A stretch of 64,000 bases of DNA from Macrostomum hystrix (Eukaryota; Animalia; Platyhelminthes), in contig CATNEN010000001.1 of NCBI GenBank assembly GCA_950097015.1, positions 496,001 to 560,000 of the forward strand, given 5' to 3'. Shown one piece after another: positions 33,418 to 45,270 of the stretch. Numbering within the stretch: the stretch's first letter is position 1; each line of letters begins with the position of its first letter. A program made the translations under genes and the position numbers. The notes beneath the pieces are model-generated. The model ran no database searches, was not told the origin of the DNA, and saw nothing but the letters and a program-made list of their open reading frames with translations.

Positions 33418-34107
33418 TCACTCGCCCCTTCTGGCAGCTACCTGAGTGCCTTCGGATACGTGGGCCAAGCCAAGCTTCATGTCGTCGTGTTGGGCGGTAA
33501 GTCCGACTCCCTTTTCGCCGACACTCACAGCGATTCCAGAGTCTCCTCTGCTGGCAGCTACCTGAGTGCCTTCGGATCCGTGGGCCAAGCCGAGCTTCAT
33601 GTCGTCGTGTTGGGCGGTGAGTCCGACTCCCTTTTCGCCGACACTCACAGCGATGCTAGTGTCTCCTCTGCTGGCAGCGACCTGAGTCCCTTCGGATCCG
33701 TGGGCCAAGCCGAGCTTCATGTCGTCGTGTTGGGCGGTGAGTCCGACTCCCTTTTCGCCGACACTCACAGCGATGCCAGAGTCTCCTCTGCTGGCAGCGA
33801 ACTGAGTGCCTTCGGATCCGTGGGCCAAGCCGAGCTTCGTGTCGTCATGTTGGACGGTGAGTCCGTCTACTTTTTTGCCGACACTCACAGCGATGCTAGA
33901 GTCTCCTCTGCTGGCAGCTACCTGAGTGGCTTCGGATCCGTGGGCCAAGCCGAGCTTCATGTCGTGTCGGGCGGTGAGTCCGACTCCCTTTTCGCCAACA
34001 CTCACAGCGATGCTAGAGTCTCCTCTGCTGGCAGCTACCTGAGTGCCTTCGGATCCGTGGGCCAAGCCGAGCTTCATGTCGTGTCGGGCGGTGAGTCCGA
34101 CTCCCTT
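33418..34107 (-). repeat. Orphan module B: ~5.7 repeat units plus stop, followed by a 3' flank (32971-33417) that appears identical to 34108-34554
   Basis: Duplication offset of 1137 bp; junction GACTCCCTT|GGTACCTCAAGG at both 32970/32971 and 34107/34108. Confidence 0.9.
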
Positions 34108-34554
34108 GGTACCTCAAGGATGCTAGAATAACAGAGTAATACAAGAATACTAGAGTTCTAGTAATGGAAAGTTATAGTTATTTTTTAAATACAAATTTAA
34201 CACTAGCGAGAATGTAATTAAACAACTTTAAACTTAATTAGCGCATTTATAAAGACTCGCTATCAAAACTAAACAGTCTTAAACAGCAGAGAAAAAGAAA
34301 ATGACCGCATGGAATTCATTTCACGAAATTCTTGTCCAAAAAAATTATGCAGAAAAAAATTGTGTCCATATACGCTCGTATAATTAGATTGAAGCAGGCG
34401 ATTAGCAAAAGCAAACTTAACAAAACAAGTCTAAGAACAGCGACATAAAATAGGAGTTTAGTAATCTTTTCTTTCGACCCTTACAATCGGGCGTAAAAAG
34501 TAGCTTAAGTTTTCCGAATCCAAAAACTAATAAATCTCAATCAACAATTCTCAT

Positions 34555-37500
34555 TCACTCGCCCCTTCTGGCAGCTACCTGAGTGCCTTCGGATACGTGG
34601 GCCAAGCCAAGCTTCATGTCGTCGTGTTGGGCGGTAAGTCCGACTCCCTTTTCGCCGACACTCACAGCGATTCCAGAGTCTCCTCTGCTGGCAGCTAGCT
34701 GAGTGCCTTCGGATACGTGGGCCAAGCCAAGCTTCATGTCGTCGTGTTGGGCGGTGAGTCCGACTCCCTTTTCGCCGACACTCACAGCGATTCCAGAGTC
34801 TCCTTTGCTGGCAGCTAGCTGAGTGCCTTCGGATACGTGGGCCAAGCCAAGCTTCATGTCGTCGTGTTGGGCGGTGAGTCCGACTCCCTTTTCGCCGACA
34901 CTCACAGCGATGCCAGAGTCTCCTTTGCTGGCAGCTAGCTGAGTGCCTTCGGATCCGTGGGCCAAGCCAAGCTTCATGTCGTCGTGTTGGGCGGTGAGTC
35001 CGACTCCCTTTTCGCCGACACTCACAGCGATGCCAGAGTCTCCTTTGCTGGCAGCTACCTGAGTGCCTTCGGATCCGTGGCTGAAGCCGAGCCTTTTGTC
35101 CTTGCGTTGGGCGGTGAGTCCGAATCCCTTTTCGCCGACACTCACAGCGATGCCAGAGTCTCCTTTGCTGGCAGCTACCTGAGTGCCTTCGGATCCGTGG
35201 CTGAAGCCGAGCTTTTTGTCCTCGTGTTGGGCCATGAGTCCGACTCCCTTTTCGTCGACACTCACAGCGATGCTAGAGTCTCCTTTGCTGACAGCTACCT
35301 GAGTGCCTTCGGATCCGTGGGCCAAGCCGAGCTCCATGTCCTCGTGTTGAAGTGTGAATTCAATCCCATTTTCAGTAGCATTAAGTTGAATTGCTGCGTT
35401 TCGTTGTTGATTTCTTTGTTTTTGTTTTGTTTGTCTGTTCGTTTTAGTTTTTGGGCTGTGACACGGTTGGCTTTGTTTATATGCAGACTTAATTGTTTTT
35501 GAGACCGTAGTTTTTACTTTTTCTACGGCGTGTTGGGATAGGCTTTGTATATTTTTTTGTATTAAATCTTCTAAAATGGAAACGGCAATATCTGTTGTTT
35601 TTTTTTGAAGACAAAGTGCAACATTTTGTTTTAGATCATTGAGCTGTGCTTCATTTATTTGTTGTTCTTTTCGTGTACTTGCTTTATTGTCGCATGCTTT
35701 TTGTTTTTCGCAATTTTGAAGAACTCGGTCCATTTCTTTGACTGTGCTGCTAACTATATTTTTGATATTATTTGCGTGCAATCCAATTGCAGCCGCATCA
35801 GCTACCACGTCAGCGAATTTGATGATAGAAAGAACACCCTTGAATAGCTCTGCGCAATCATTTTTCAAAATTGCGAGTTTGGATTTCAAAACAGTCATTA
35901 TCATTTCTCCTGTATTCACATCTTTCATAACATTATCTGCTGCTTGCTGTATTATGAATGTGAAAGTTTGCAAGATCTTTTCCTGCATTTCTGGACGAAG
36001 TAACGAGAAGTCGCAGATGTTGGACTTGCCTGTACCCTCGTTTTGTGGTGTGCAGTATGGGGCCGTGACGCGCAAAATGATTGCCCTCAGATGACCTTCA
36101 CTTGCCTCTTCGGTGCACTTTTTGTCTATGTCGTTTTTGACGCTTTGCTTGATCTTCTTTATGAGCTGGTTAATAAGTGCTCTCTGTGCAGAATCTATTA
36201 TTATTCCACCAAAGAATTTTCCAACCGGGTTTTGTATGCATTTGAACAGAAAGTCGACAGTATTCTTTCCGATCAACTTGGTAAGAGCAGACGCTGCCCT
36301 CGTACATAGTTTATTCCCAACAGCACCAGACTTCTGAATAAGAGAGGATGATGACTTTAGATAGCCCAAGGCTTTTCCGAAACCGAAAGTCAATATGGAC
36401 TGCCCGATTTTCATTGCTTTATTTGTACACCAAGACTGCATATCAAACTCTCCGCTGATCAGTCCCATCACGCCTGCCATTATGTCGTTGAATCCTTCCG
36501 TAATAAAATAATTTCCGTGGTTGACGAAGCCAGCCACGCACAACATACCCCCGATGACGATTTCCACAACCCCTAAGACAGTGACTGCGGACGCATAAAA
36601 ATTCGAAGGTTTCTTTTGAACATCAAACAGCCTCACGTGACCTAGCAGGTAGAGGGACTTCAGCTCATCGAGTGTGATTTTGCCAGGGTTCTTTTCAATA
36701 TCTTTGATGCAAGTACTGATTGCAATGACTTTTTCGCCAGCTTCTCTATGCCTCTCAAGATTTTCTAAGCACTTCTTTATGCTCTCTTCAAGCTTACCGA
36801 CAGTATTAAGCCTGGCAAGGCACTGTTGAATTAATTCGTTGTTTTGATCTTGCTCTGAGCCCGAAGCTTTGTTAGGTTGTTCATCCTCTAATACGGCACG
36901 AGAATATAGGTGAGTCCAAATCGAATGGGCAAGCCACGTCTCACTTAATCTGGATTTCGCTTCTTCCAAGTCCGACATTACGTCTTTGATATCGATATCA
37001 CCTTTCATTAATTTGGCATACGCTCTGTTGTAGTAGGCGATTGCGGACCACGACTGATTCAACCCAATAGCTCTTGAGTACACATCAATAGCGCTTTGGA
37101 AGTTTTCAGCCCTCAAATTCTTGTCTGCGAATTTCAGCGCCTGGAATGGGCTCAAAGAACGATCAGATTCGACGTTTAGAACTGCTTCTTGAAACATTTT
37201 TTTACCTTCTCTTTGCACTGATCATCCCTTTCTCTGTTGAAGTCTTTAACGTGACAGATGGTGGTCTTTAGATGCATGCCCCACGTTTCCTTCAGGTAAT
37301 CGAGCTTAAGCCTGATTTCCTTGTCATCTTCCATTTGCTTGCGGATACGATACTCAGAAAGTAGACGACTGAAGCAATCAAAAAGACGCTCCTTAAACTC
37401 TACTTCTCGCAAGGCAAAATCCTTGTGATATCTTAGTTCTTTTAAGCTGGCTTCGCGCCTCATTTGCTTCATCTCCTCCACAGAATCGCAGTCGGCAAAG

Positions 37501-40500
37501 CAGGCACTCAGGCTTTCCTTGCTCAGTAGCAACGTTGCAGATCCTCGCTGACCCTTGCGGCCGCTCCGACCGAATACTTGCTCCTCAACTCGCTGATTTA
37601 AAGGTAAAAATGTCACAAGCACAAGAAGACCTCCGGCTTCTTCTGCTTCATCGCTCACCTTCACATCTGTGCCTCTGCCGGCAAGATTAGTAGCCACAAT
37701 CACATCGCCAGGACCGACTTCCAGTTCTCTCTCCGTATCCTTGTTCTCGGAGTACTTTATCGCCTTTACTGTGGGGCAACGATATTTTATTTCACTGAAA
37801 ATATGCTCCACACTGTTAATGTCCTCACAAACTATTAGGCTAGGCCGGCTTACACTCTCTTTCTTGACCAGGTTGCACAGCTTCGTGATGCATTCTTGTT
37901 TTGTATCAGTGATGATTCCGGGATTCTCAAGTAATCTGCGTTCTCTGTGTGGAGGAATATAGTTTAGCTGCACACAGTAGGTTTCACGCATGAATGCTTT
38001 TTCATGCTCTTCTCCAAGAGTTCCAGAAACACCAAACACTGAGCGTTTATATCGACGAAAGAATTCAAGGTTTGACAGGAAGTTGGTTTCAAGTCCCAGG
38101 GGTCGCATCTGTAGCTGATGCTTCAGCTGCAGAAACTGCTGCAGCCCGTCGCTCCACCGCATGCTCTCCTGGACTACCCCGGTGTGTCTGTAGTCTACGG
38201 GCACAGCGTCTCCGTCTTTAACAATATAGTCACGCCCGGGGACGAGTACGACTGCCGTCAGGGCACTGTTAATCCAAACATCCAGCATATCATCAATGAA
38301 CTGTTTCAGGTGTTTAGGCATTGGGAGCAGAGCTTCATTATTTTTGTCTTGTTTACCACCACTCGGAGAGTCCTTTAGGGTAGTGGAGTAATTTATTCTT
38401 GACTGGATATCCAAAACTTTATTCTTTTTGAAATCCTGAATATCTTGGTACAAAAATCTGCAAAAACCACTATCCATAATCAAAAGGTGCATTGAGCAGC
38501 CATTTGGAGCACACAGGAGTTCAATTTCCTGATTTCTAAGACAATACTTTGCGCACTTTGGAAACTGACACAAAAAGCTTTCTGCAAATGACAGAATTTC
38601 CAGGGCTCTACGAACATCAAAGTGATTAACTGGATTGCCATTTGGCTCACTGCTGTCAGATAAAAAGCACTGCTTCTCCTCTGAGCTTATGAGATTTTGT
38701 TGGGCCAGCTTTTCTACGAGGTCCTCTAACTCTTCGTCCGCTTCAACAAACTCCTTGATGAGATACAAAAAAGTCATCGGTTGCTCTGCAACCATCTCAT
38801 CTCTGTGGACGGTGTTTAGAACGTGACACCCATATATTGCTCTGAAGATAGTTGGGAATATTGGATCCAGCATCTTCATGTCACCTGCATCCTGAGCCAG
38901 ATAAGTGAGTTGCACTCCTTGATCCAATAGTAATGAGTCAACCTCATCCACTATGACAGAATCAAACTTCCTAGAGCCTCGAATGCCTTTGAACTGAAAA
39001 TCATGCCGTAATACATCTCCAGCAAAAGTTGAGACTGTCCCATAGACAATCTTGCACTCGTAGCATTGCTTTGGATTTTTGTGGCCAATATTACAATCGA
39101 CTGAAATACTACACTCTTCATAGAACTTTTTCCATTCAGCATAATCTCTTTGAGCCAGAACTTCTGATGGAGCCACAACATCGACAGACGTTCGTCCGAG
39201 AAGCATGAGGCCCACTGCAGTCATAGCAACAATGCAAGACTTCCCTTCACCTGTCAGAATCTGTAAGATTTGGCCGAAATTCTGAGTACCATAGGAACCC
39301 CTTAGCAGTGCCGCAGCACTGAAGACCTGGGTGTTTCGGGGAAGGTATCCATTGCTTTTCCTTACTGCTTTGCATAGGTTGATAAGAATTTTATGAATCG
39401 GCTGCTGTTTGTCTCGCTTCCACAGTTTGAATTTGCTTAGCTTATCTTTGCCCATTTCCAAAGTCTGTTTGATTCTACTCGTAGAACTCTCAAAGTATCC
39501 AGTAACTTCTCTGACGATGCCTTCTAGCTCTATAAGCTGTCCATCTTCAAATTGTCCAGTCTCTTTTATCTTTTTCAAAAGCTGGTCGATTGTCATCTGA
39601 GATGATTGATCTTTTTTCAACTTTTCGATTAGGCAATCCGAAATAGCGTCACTTGAATCTGATAGACTCTTTGGGTCACAGCGGTTAAGCACCATCAGCT
39701 TGACAAACTCTCGCACCTGATCCTGCGCAGCGTCCGAGCGTTTTATGATGCCCATCAGCTTGAATATGCTTTGGGAATCCCAATGATGCATCGAAGCGAT
39801 AAGCTCTACAACACACTCGGTATTTGATATCTTTTCTAGATGATCTGTCACGCCAACTCTCTTTAGCAGGGTTGTTTGAACAGCTCGAATGCGTTTCAAC
39901 TCGTTCGTTTCGAGTGGAACAGGCCACAGACGAGCGACCTCTTCAGATGCAACGAGCAGACGAAGCAGTACTATGGAAATAAGATTCGAATCGTCGTGAT
40001 CCTGTGGTGTAAGCAAGTAATTAAGGTGCTTAAGTGCGATCTTCGTTGCTTGAAACTGCTCATCTAGGGCACATATTTCAGTGTCGTACTTTGAGTCGTC
40101 TGCGGATGCATGATTCATAAGAAGGATTAGCAAGCTGTAGCTCATAAAGTCCAGATCAGCTCGCGGAAAGAGTTTCTCGAATATTTCGTCTGCGAGTTTT
40201 AAATTTTTTCCATTTAAGTTCGGTGACAGCAGGCTGAGCACTTCAGTTTGCAAATGCACTCGACTGTCTTCAAGCGATTCAGGTCTGAGAGTGCGTGCTT
40301 TCCAGCTGCGAAAAAGAAGGTCTAGGAAGTGCTTTGCCAAATAATCATTTTTCGTGCTTCTAGGAGTTTTGTGTTCTTCGCCTTCTTTGATGCTTGAATA
40401 AAACGTGTCCAAAATTTTTTCCACAAAGTCTTGAACGTTCTCATCAAATTGTTCTTTAAGTTCAACAGCGGACGCATCGCTGCCTGTTTGACTTCTGTAG

Positions 40501-41715
40501 TTCTGACTTGTACATGTATTTCCTCGCACATGTTGAATCGAATATTTTCTATCTTTCCAAAGACCTCCGCATCTCTTTTGCTCGCTGTTTCTCCAGCTCT
40601 ACCGCTACCTGTCGCTTGAAGTCCGCTGCTTTCTTGAGGCTTTCTGATTCATGCTGCTTTCTCATTCTCTCTTGTCGCTGTTCGAGAATCTTTTTCGTGA
40701 TTTCAGCCTCTCTGTTAGCGATCTCGGCTTCAAGCTGGCTCCTGTCCCTTTCCAACTGCTCCTGTTGAGAGAGCAGCCTCTCATTCAACTCCGTGCTACG
40801 CTCAGCCAATTCTTTATATTTTTCTTCAATCTGGCTTTGAAATTGGGTGTGCCTCTGCTCAAACTGAGTCTGCAGACGTGCCCTATGCTGTTGAGCCTCC
40901 TGTTTGAGGCTGCTAAACTTTGCGCTTGTATCTCTGATAATTTGGTTTTTTCGGCTCTCAAATTGCTCCAGTCTCTTGCTGCGAATCGCTTCAGCCTCTT
41001 TCTGCTCTTTTAGAAGAGCCTGCTGGCCCCGACTTTTCCAGTCGGTCCGCTGCTGCTTAGCGTCACTGAAAATCTTCTCTCGCGATTGCCTTTGTTGTGA
41101 TAGATTTTGTTCTCGCTGGCTCAGTCTCTCTTGCTTTAAAGCTTGGCATTTTCTACTGAACTCGACCGCTTTATAGCTGTAGTTCTGCAGATCATTACTA
41201 CGCTGCGTGTTTAGCTTATCCCACCTTTTGCTATTTTCGCTGTGCATTTGCTTCTGTTGAGATTTCTGCTCTTCCAGCTTCCTTTGGTCGAACAACGACT
41301 GCTCTCTTCCATTCTGCTTCAGCTGCTCTCTGGTGTCTTGCATCCGCTGCTCCCGCTCTCGGCGCATTCTAGCCGCGTACATCGACTTGGTTTCGTATTT
41401 GTACACCTCTACTAAGTCGTCATTATATGACAGATGAATGACACCCTCAGAGTGACTTAATAGCTTCCATTCTTTGTTTCTTATTCCGTTGCACCACGAA
41501 GTAATGTTGGGATCTTTTTCGGTTTCTGACTTACTGTGATTCCCATGCTTAAAGTAAATATTGACTGGAAAGCCTTGAAAGTCAAAGTGAGTGGAACTAC
41601 CAGAAGGCAGGTTAACTGTGCCAGAGCCGGCTTGATTGCCAATCACTTTGTAGTTCGCAGCAACAGACCAGTCTTCATCAGATTTGTTGCTGAGCTTGCT
41701 TCCTGTATTGCCCAT
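34555..41715 (-). CDS. Giant SecA-like (SF2) ATPase, ~2,386 aa if two frameshifts (~40550-40590 and 37197-37203) are corrected: myristoylation motif, coiled coil, SecA NBD1/NBD2, TPR, hydrophobic Gly-rich segment, C-terminal 40-aa repeats. May be a recent pseudogene or carry assembly indels
   Basis: SecA motifs in order: QILTGEGKS, VDVVAPSEVLAQRD, IVYGT, VIVDEVDSLLLD, DYIVKDG..VPVD..TG...RWSDGLQQFLQLKH, FFRRY..GVSGT, VATNLAGRGTDVK, GGL..QRVEEQVFGRSGRKGQRGS. TPR-like AIDVYSRAIGLNQSWSAIAYYNRAYAKL. The three ORFs (40549-41715, 37176-40529, 34555-37218) have overlapping open frames. Confidence 0.8.
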
Positions 41716-41716
41716 T

Positions 41717-41730
41717 CTGGAAGAAAATTG
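41717..41730 (-). promoter_or_regulatory. Splice (or trans-splice) acceptor 1 nt upstream of the SecA-like ATG
   Basis: Minus strand reads CAATTTTCTTCCAG|A ATG GGC. Confidence 0.55.
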
Positions 41731-41831
41731 TGTTGTAATATAGGAACAGCAATCAAATATAAATTATTCATTCGTTCATCCTCATAATCATCAATCATCC
41801 ACCTATATGCAATGGTTTTATTCCTTGCCTT

Positions 41832-44095
41832 AGAGGCAGTGATCGAACTGTAGCGTGAATGCTGACAAATTGGCTGAATGATTATCGCTTCTAATGTACG
41901 CTCTCTCTCTCTATGTACATAGCTAATAACTCCACCTTGCATTGCATAAATATAGCGAGCACTGCCTCACGGGGCTGTCGTTGATTTTTTGCCAAATTTT
42001 CTGCCAAATGGGTAGCCACCGCGCGATTCCGAAAACTTTTAGCTCTGGCAACTTAAATGAGTGGGTGCAGCGGTTTGAACTGAATAGTTCAAACGACAAG
42101 CACTTACATCTGCCAACGTTTCTGGATGGCGAAGCTCTGGCGGTCTTCCTTGAGTTCGGCGACAGGGACAAGAGCGACTACAGTCAAGTGACCAAAGCAT
42201 TAACCGAGGCCTTTCACCCGGACAGCCAGCACTTCTCAGCGCTGGAGGCATTCGAGAGCCGGAAGCTGCTGCCTGGTGAACTGCCTGCGTGCTGCTATCC
42301 GCTGCCCTCGGCTTTTCCTCTACCACCTGAAGCAGCTGCTCAAGGACGCTGGCATCAGCAACAAGGATGCCACTGACGAAATGCTGACCCATCACTTCAT
42401 CCGCGGACTGCCAGCGGATGTCAGCAGGCAGATCAGAGCGGATGCGTCAGTCAAGACGGCGAGCGACGCTCTTGCGCGGGCATAACTACTACTGGAGCTG
42501 CCTTCTGCCACCACTGAAGGAAGCCATCAGCAGCCTCACGCGGCGGCAGCCGGAACTGCTTGCGGCAACGCCGAGACTGTGGATATGAGTGCTGCGGTCA
42601 GCTCGCTGCAGGCGACGGTCCAAGACCTGGTTGCGAAGCTGGACTCAGAGGTTTCGGACTCCTGCGCCTTTCGCAGCGCAAGGAGACACCGCGAGGTGAC
42701 ATGTTATAACTGCAATTGCCGCGGACACATTGCCAAGAACTTCAAGCAGCCGTCGAGAAACGCGCCCAGCAAACCTTCACCTACATGGACGACACGATGT
42801 GCTTCTCCAAGTCAAAGGCTGAGCATCTCCAGCACCTGCGCGAAGTCTTCGAGAAGATCAGGGACGCCGGGCTCACAGTCAGGGGCAGCAAGTGCCAGCT
42901 GGGCCTGCCGGAGGTCAAGTTCCTCGGCACTGTGCTCTCGGCCAAGGGTGCCACGGTGAGTCCTGAGAAGGTGCGCGCCATCCAGGAGTGGCCGGAGCCG
43001 CAGTCCCCTACACAGGTGCGGCAGTTCCTGGGTCTATGCAACCAGTACAGGAAGTACGTGCCAAGCTTCTCCGAAATCGCCGGGCCGCTGCACAGACTGA
43101 CCAGCAAGACGGAGAAGTTCGAGTGAACCGGCGTGTGCAGCACGGTATTTCGACGGCTCAAGGAGGCCCTGTAGCAGCCGTCGATCATCGGCCACCAGGA
43201 TTTCTCCAAGGAGTTCCAGCTCTACACGGACGCAAGCAACACCGGAGTCGGGATCGTGCTCAAGCAAGGTGACCAGGTGATAGAGTACTGCAGCAGAGCG
43301 CTCACGGCTCCGGAGAAGGGCTACTCAGCCGTCGAGAAGGAGTGCCAGGCGATCCTGCACGCGCTGAAGACCTACCGCCACTACCTGCTCGGTCGGCACT
43401 CACGGTCTTCACCGACCACTGCCCGCTCACGTTCCTGAATTCCCAGCTAGTCGACAGTCACGGCCGACTCAGGCGCTGGCGGCAGCAGGAGTTCACCTTC
43501 AGAATCAAGTACACAAAGGGCGTCGACAACGTGGAGGCGGATGGCCTGTCGAGGATGCACGAAGGCCACTGCGAGACACTCGGAGCGTCGGCAACGGAGC
43601 TGCAGCCGCGGTGTCCAACAGAGAGATGCGACAGGCGCAGCGGGCTGATCCGAAGCTCAAGCTGGTCATCGATGCACTGGAGAACGACATCAGGACTCTG
43701 CCAAGATGGTCCGTCAGCAGACAGCGACACCTCTGCCGCATCTGGCGGAAGTTGCGAGTTCAGGACGGCCTTCTCTGCCGGGCTTTCAACGACGCCGCGG
43801 GTTCGAGGAAGTTCCCCGTGATACCGGAGTCGCTGCGACGCCAGTTTCTGGCCGACTGTCACGAAGGCATCGGCGGCCATTTCGGACCCGAGAAAATGGC
43901 CGACACACTGAAGCAGACCGCTTACTGGCCTGGGCTGCAGAACGATGCGGTGAGTTTCTGCTAGGAGTGCCAGACCTGCCAACTGAAAAAAGCACAGCAC
44001 ACAGACCGAGGCAACAGCTACCTGCTGGTGATGCAGGACCAGTTCTCCAAGTTCCTGAGCGCCGTGCCGATGCCTTGACCAGACTGCCAAGACTT
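41832..44095 (+). mobile_element. Degenerate, internally deleted Ty3/gypsy LTR retrotransposon; putative short 5' LTR at ~41832-41969
   Basis: gag-like region with zinc knuckle CYNCNCRGHIAKN; RT YMDD...KCQLGLPEVKFLG...VRQFLGLCNQYRKYV; RNase H FQLYTDASNTGVG, YSAVEKECQAI, TDHCPL; integrase H..GH...C*ECQTC. Multiple stops and frameshifts; protease and the RT N-terminus are absent. Terminal inverted repeat GAGGCAGTG/CACTGCCTCA precedes a PBS-like CGGGGCTGTC. Confidence 0.9.
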
Positions 44096-45241
44096 CTAAT
44101 TTGCATTGTGAGATTGTGTTGATCTCTTTGCTTTGAAAAATTCCAATGGAAAGGTTACATGCTCGTAGAACATGCTTTTTGCTGCCGTTTTCAAAGGTCA
44201 AAATTTTCATCTGTAGAAAAATTTTTTTTTTGATTGCATCCGTGGTTGATTGCATCCGTGATTTTCTCACCCACGCGTGTGTTGGTAAAGGGCAGGCTGA
44301 GTTTAAGTTGCCTAGGCAAAATTGCGGATTGATCAAATTTGATTTGTAAAAATCTGCAAAGCTTTACCTATAACTGCATGGTAAGTCGTTACACTATAGC
44401 AGAAATATTTTAATTGAAAGGTAGTTTTGTCGGAGAAATTGGCGCATTGTAAAGAACTAGGCTAGGATAGGCTGGGTGAAATTTCATTGTCCCGAGTTCC
44501 AATCTTTGATGCAGCGAAATATACATGAAATAATTTTCAACCGATTTGCTCTTCATTTTTTTAAATCAGCTGTGAAAACAAACATTTTTTCTCTAAAACT
44601 GAAATGTACGAGCGTAAAATGTTTTAACAGTTTTATAAGAACAGAAAACTGGTTTTGCTTGCTTTTTTATCGTGAGGAAAGAGCATGGTATATCAAGGAT
44701 AAAGTATGAGACAGCATGAGGAAAGTATGATTTATCGAGGGTGTCTACTACCATTGGACATTAGTTTCCTGCTAAAGGCGGGATATTACGAGTAGTTGCG
44801 TGCTGGGGGACTTTATGAGCTGTAGGGGTACATTGCGTCTTTGCTAAAGAAGGGCATAGTTCTGTGCTAAAGAGGGACAATTGTTCGCTGCTAAAAGGCT
44901 ATAAATTTGTATAACAGGGCATTAAAGTATGCACACATACTCTCCCTTAAAATTGAAGCCTCCGCGGCTCGCCCGTGACCTACTGCACCAGTCCTATTGT
45001 ATCCCGGAAGTAATCTTCGAACGATCCGCTTCGCAAATTCAAAGAGCACAAAGATCCAACCCGCTGCGGCTCCAACTGGAGGCCAGAAAAATAAACGTTA
45101 ATCGGCATCTTTAAATTTCGACCTTCTGTGGTCAACTTCCTAGCGGCATCAAGCTACGGTTCCTAGGGAAGCCTAGAGGATCACAGGCTTCGAGTCATTT
45201 TTCCTCGATCTGGCCCCAGACCACTACCGATGTAGCTGGGC

Positions 45242-45270
45242 TACACACACACGCACGCACACACACACAG
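45242..45270. repeat. (CA)n microsatellite
   Basis: tacacacacacgcacgcacacacacacag. Confidence 0.8.

Noticed and set aside
31219-35345. CRISPR-like array
   Set aside because: Units are contiguous with no unique spacers, there are no cas genes, and the context is eukaryotic.
31264-35502. Long plus-strand ORFs over the 120-bp repeats (GQAELHVV...)
   Set aside because: Antisense shadows. The minus frame is continuous with the SecA-like gene, and the plus frame gains TAG stops in units at ~34695-34940.
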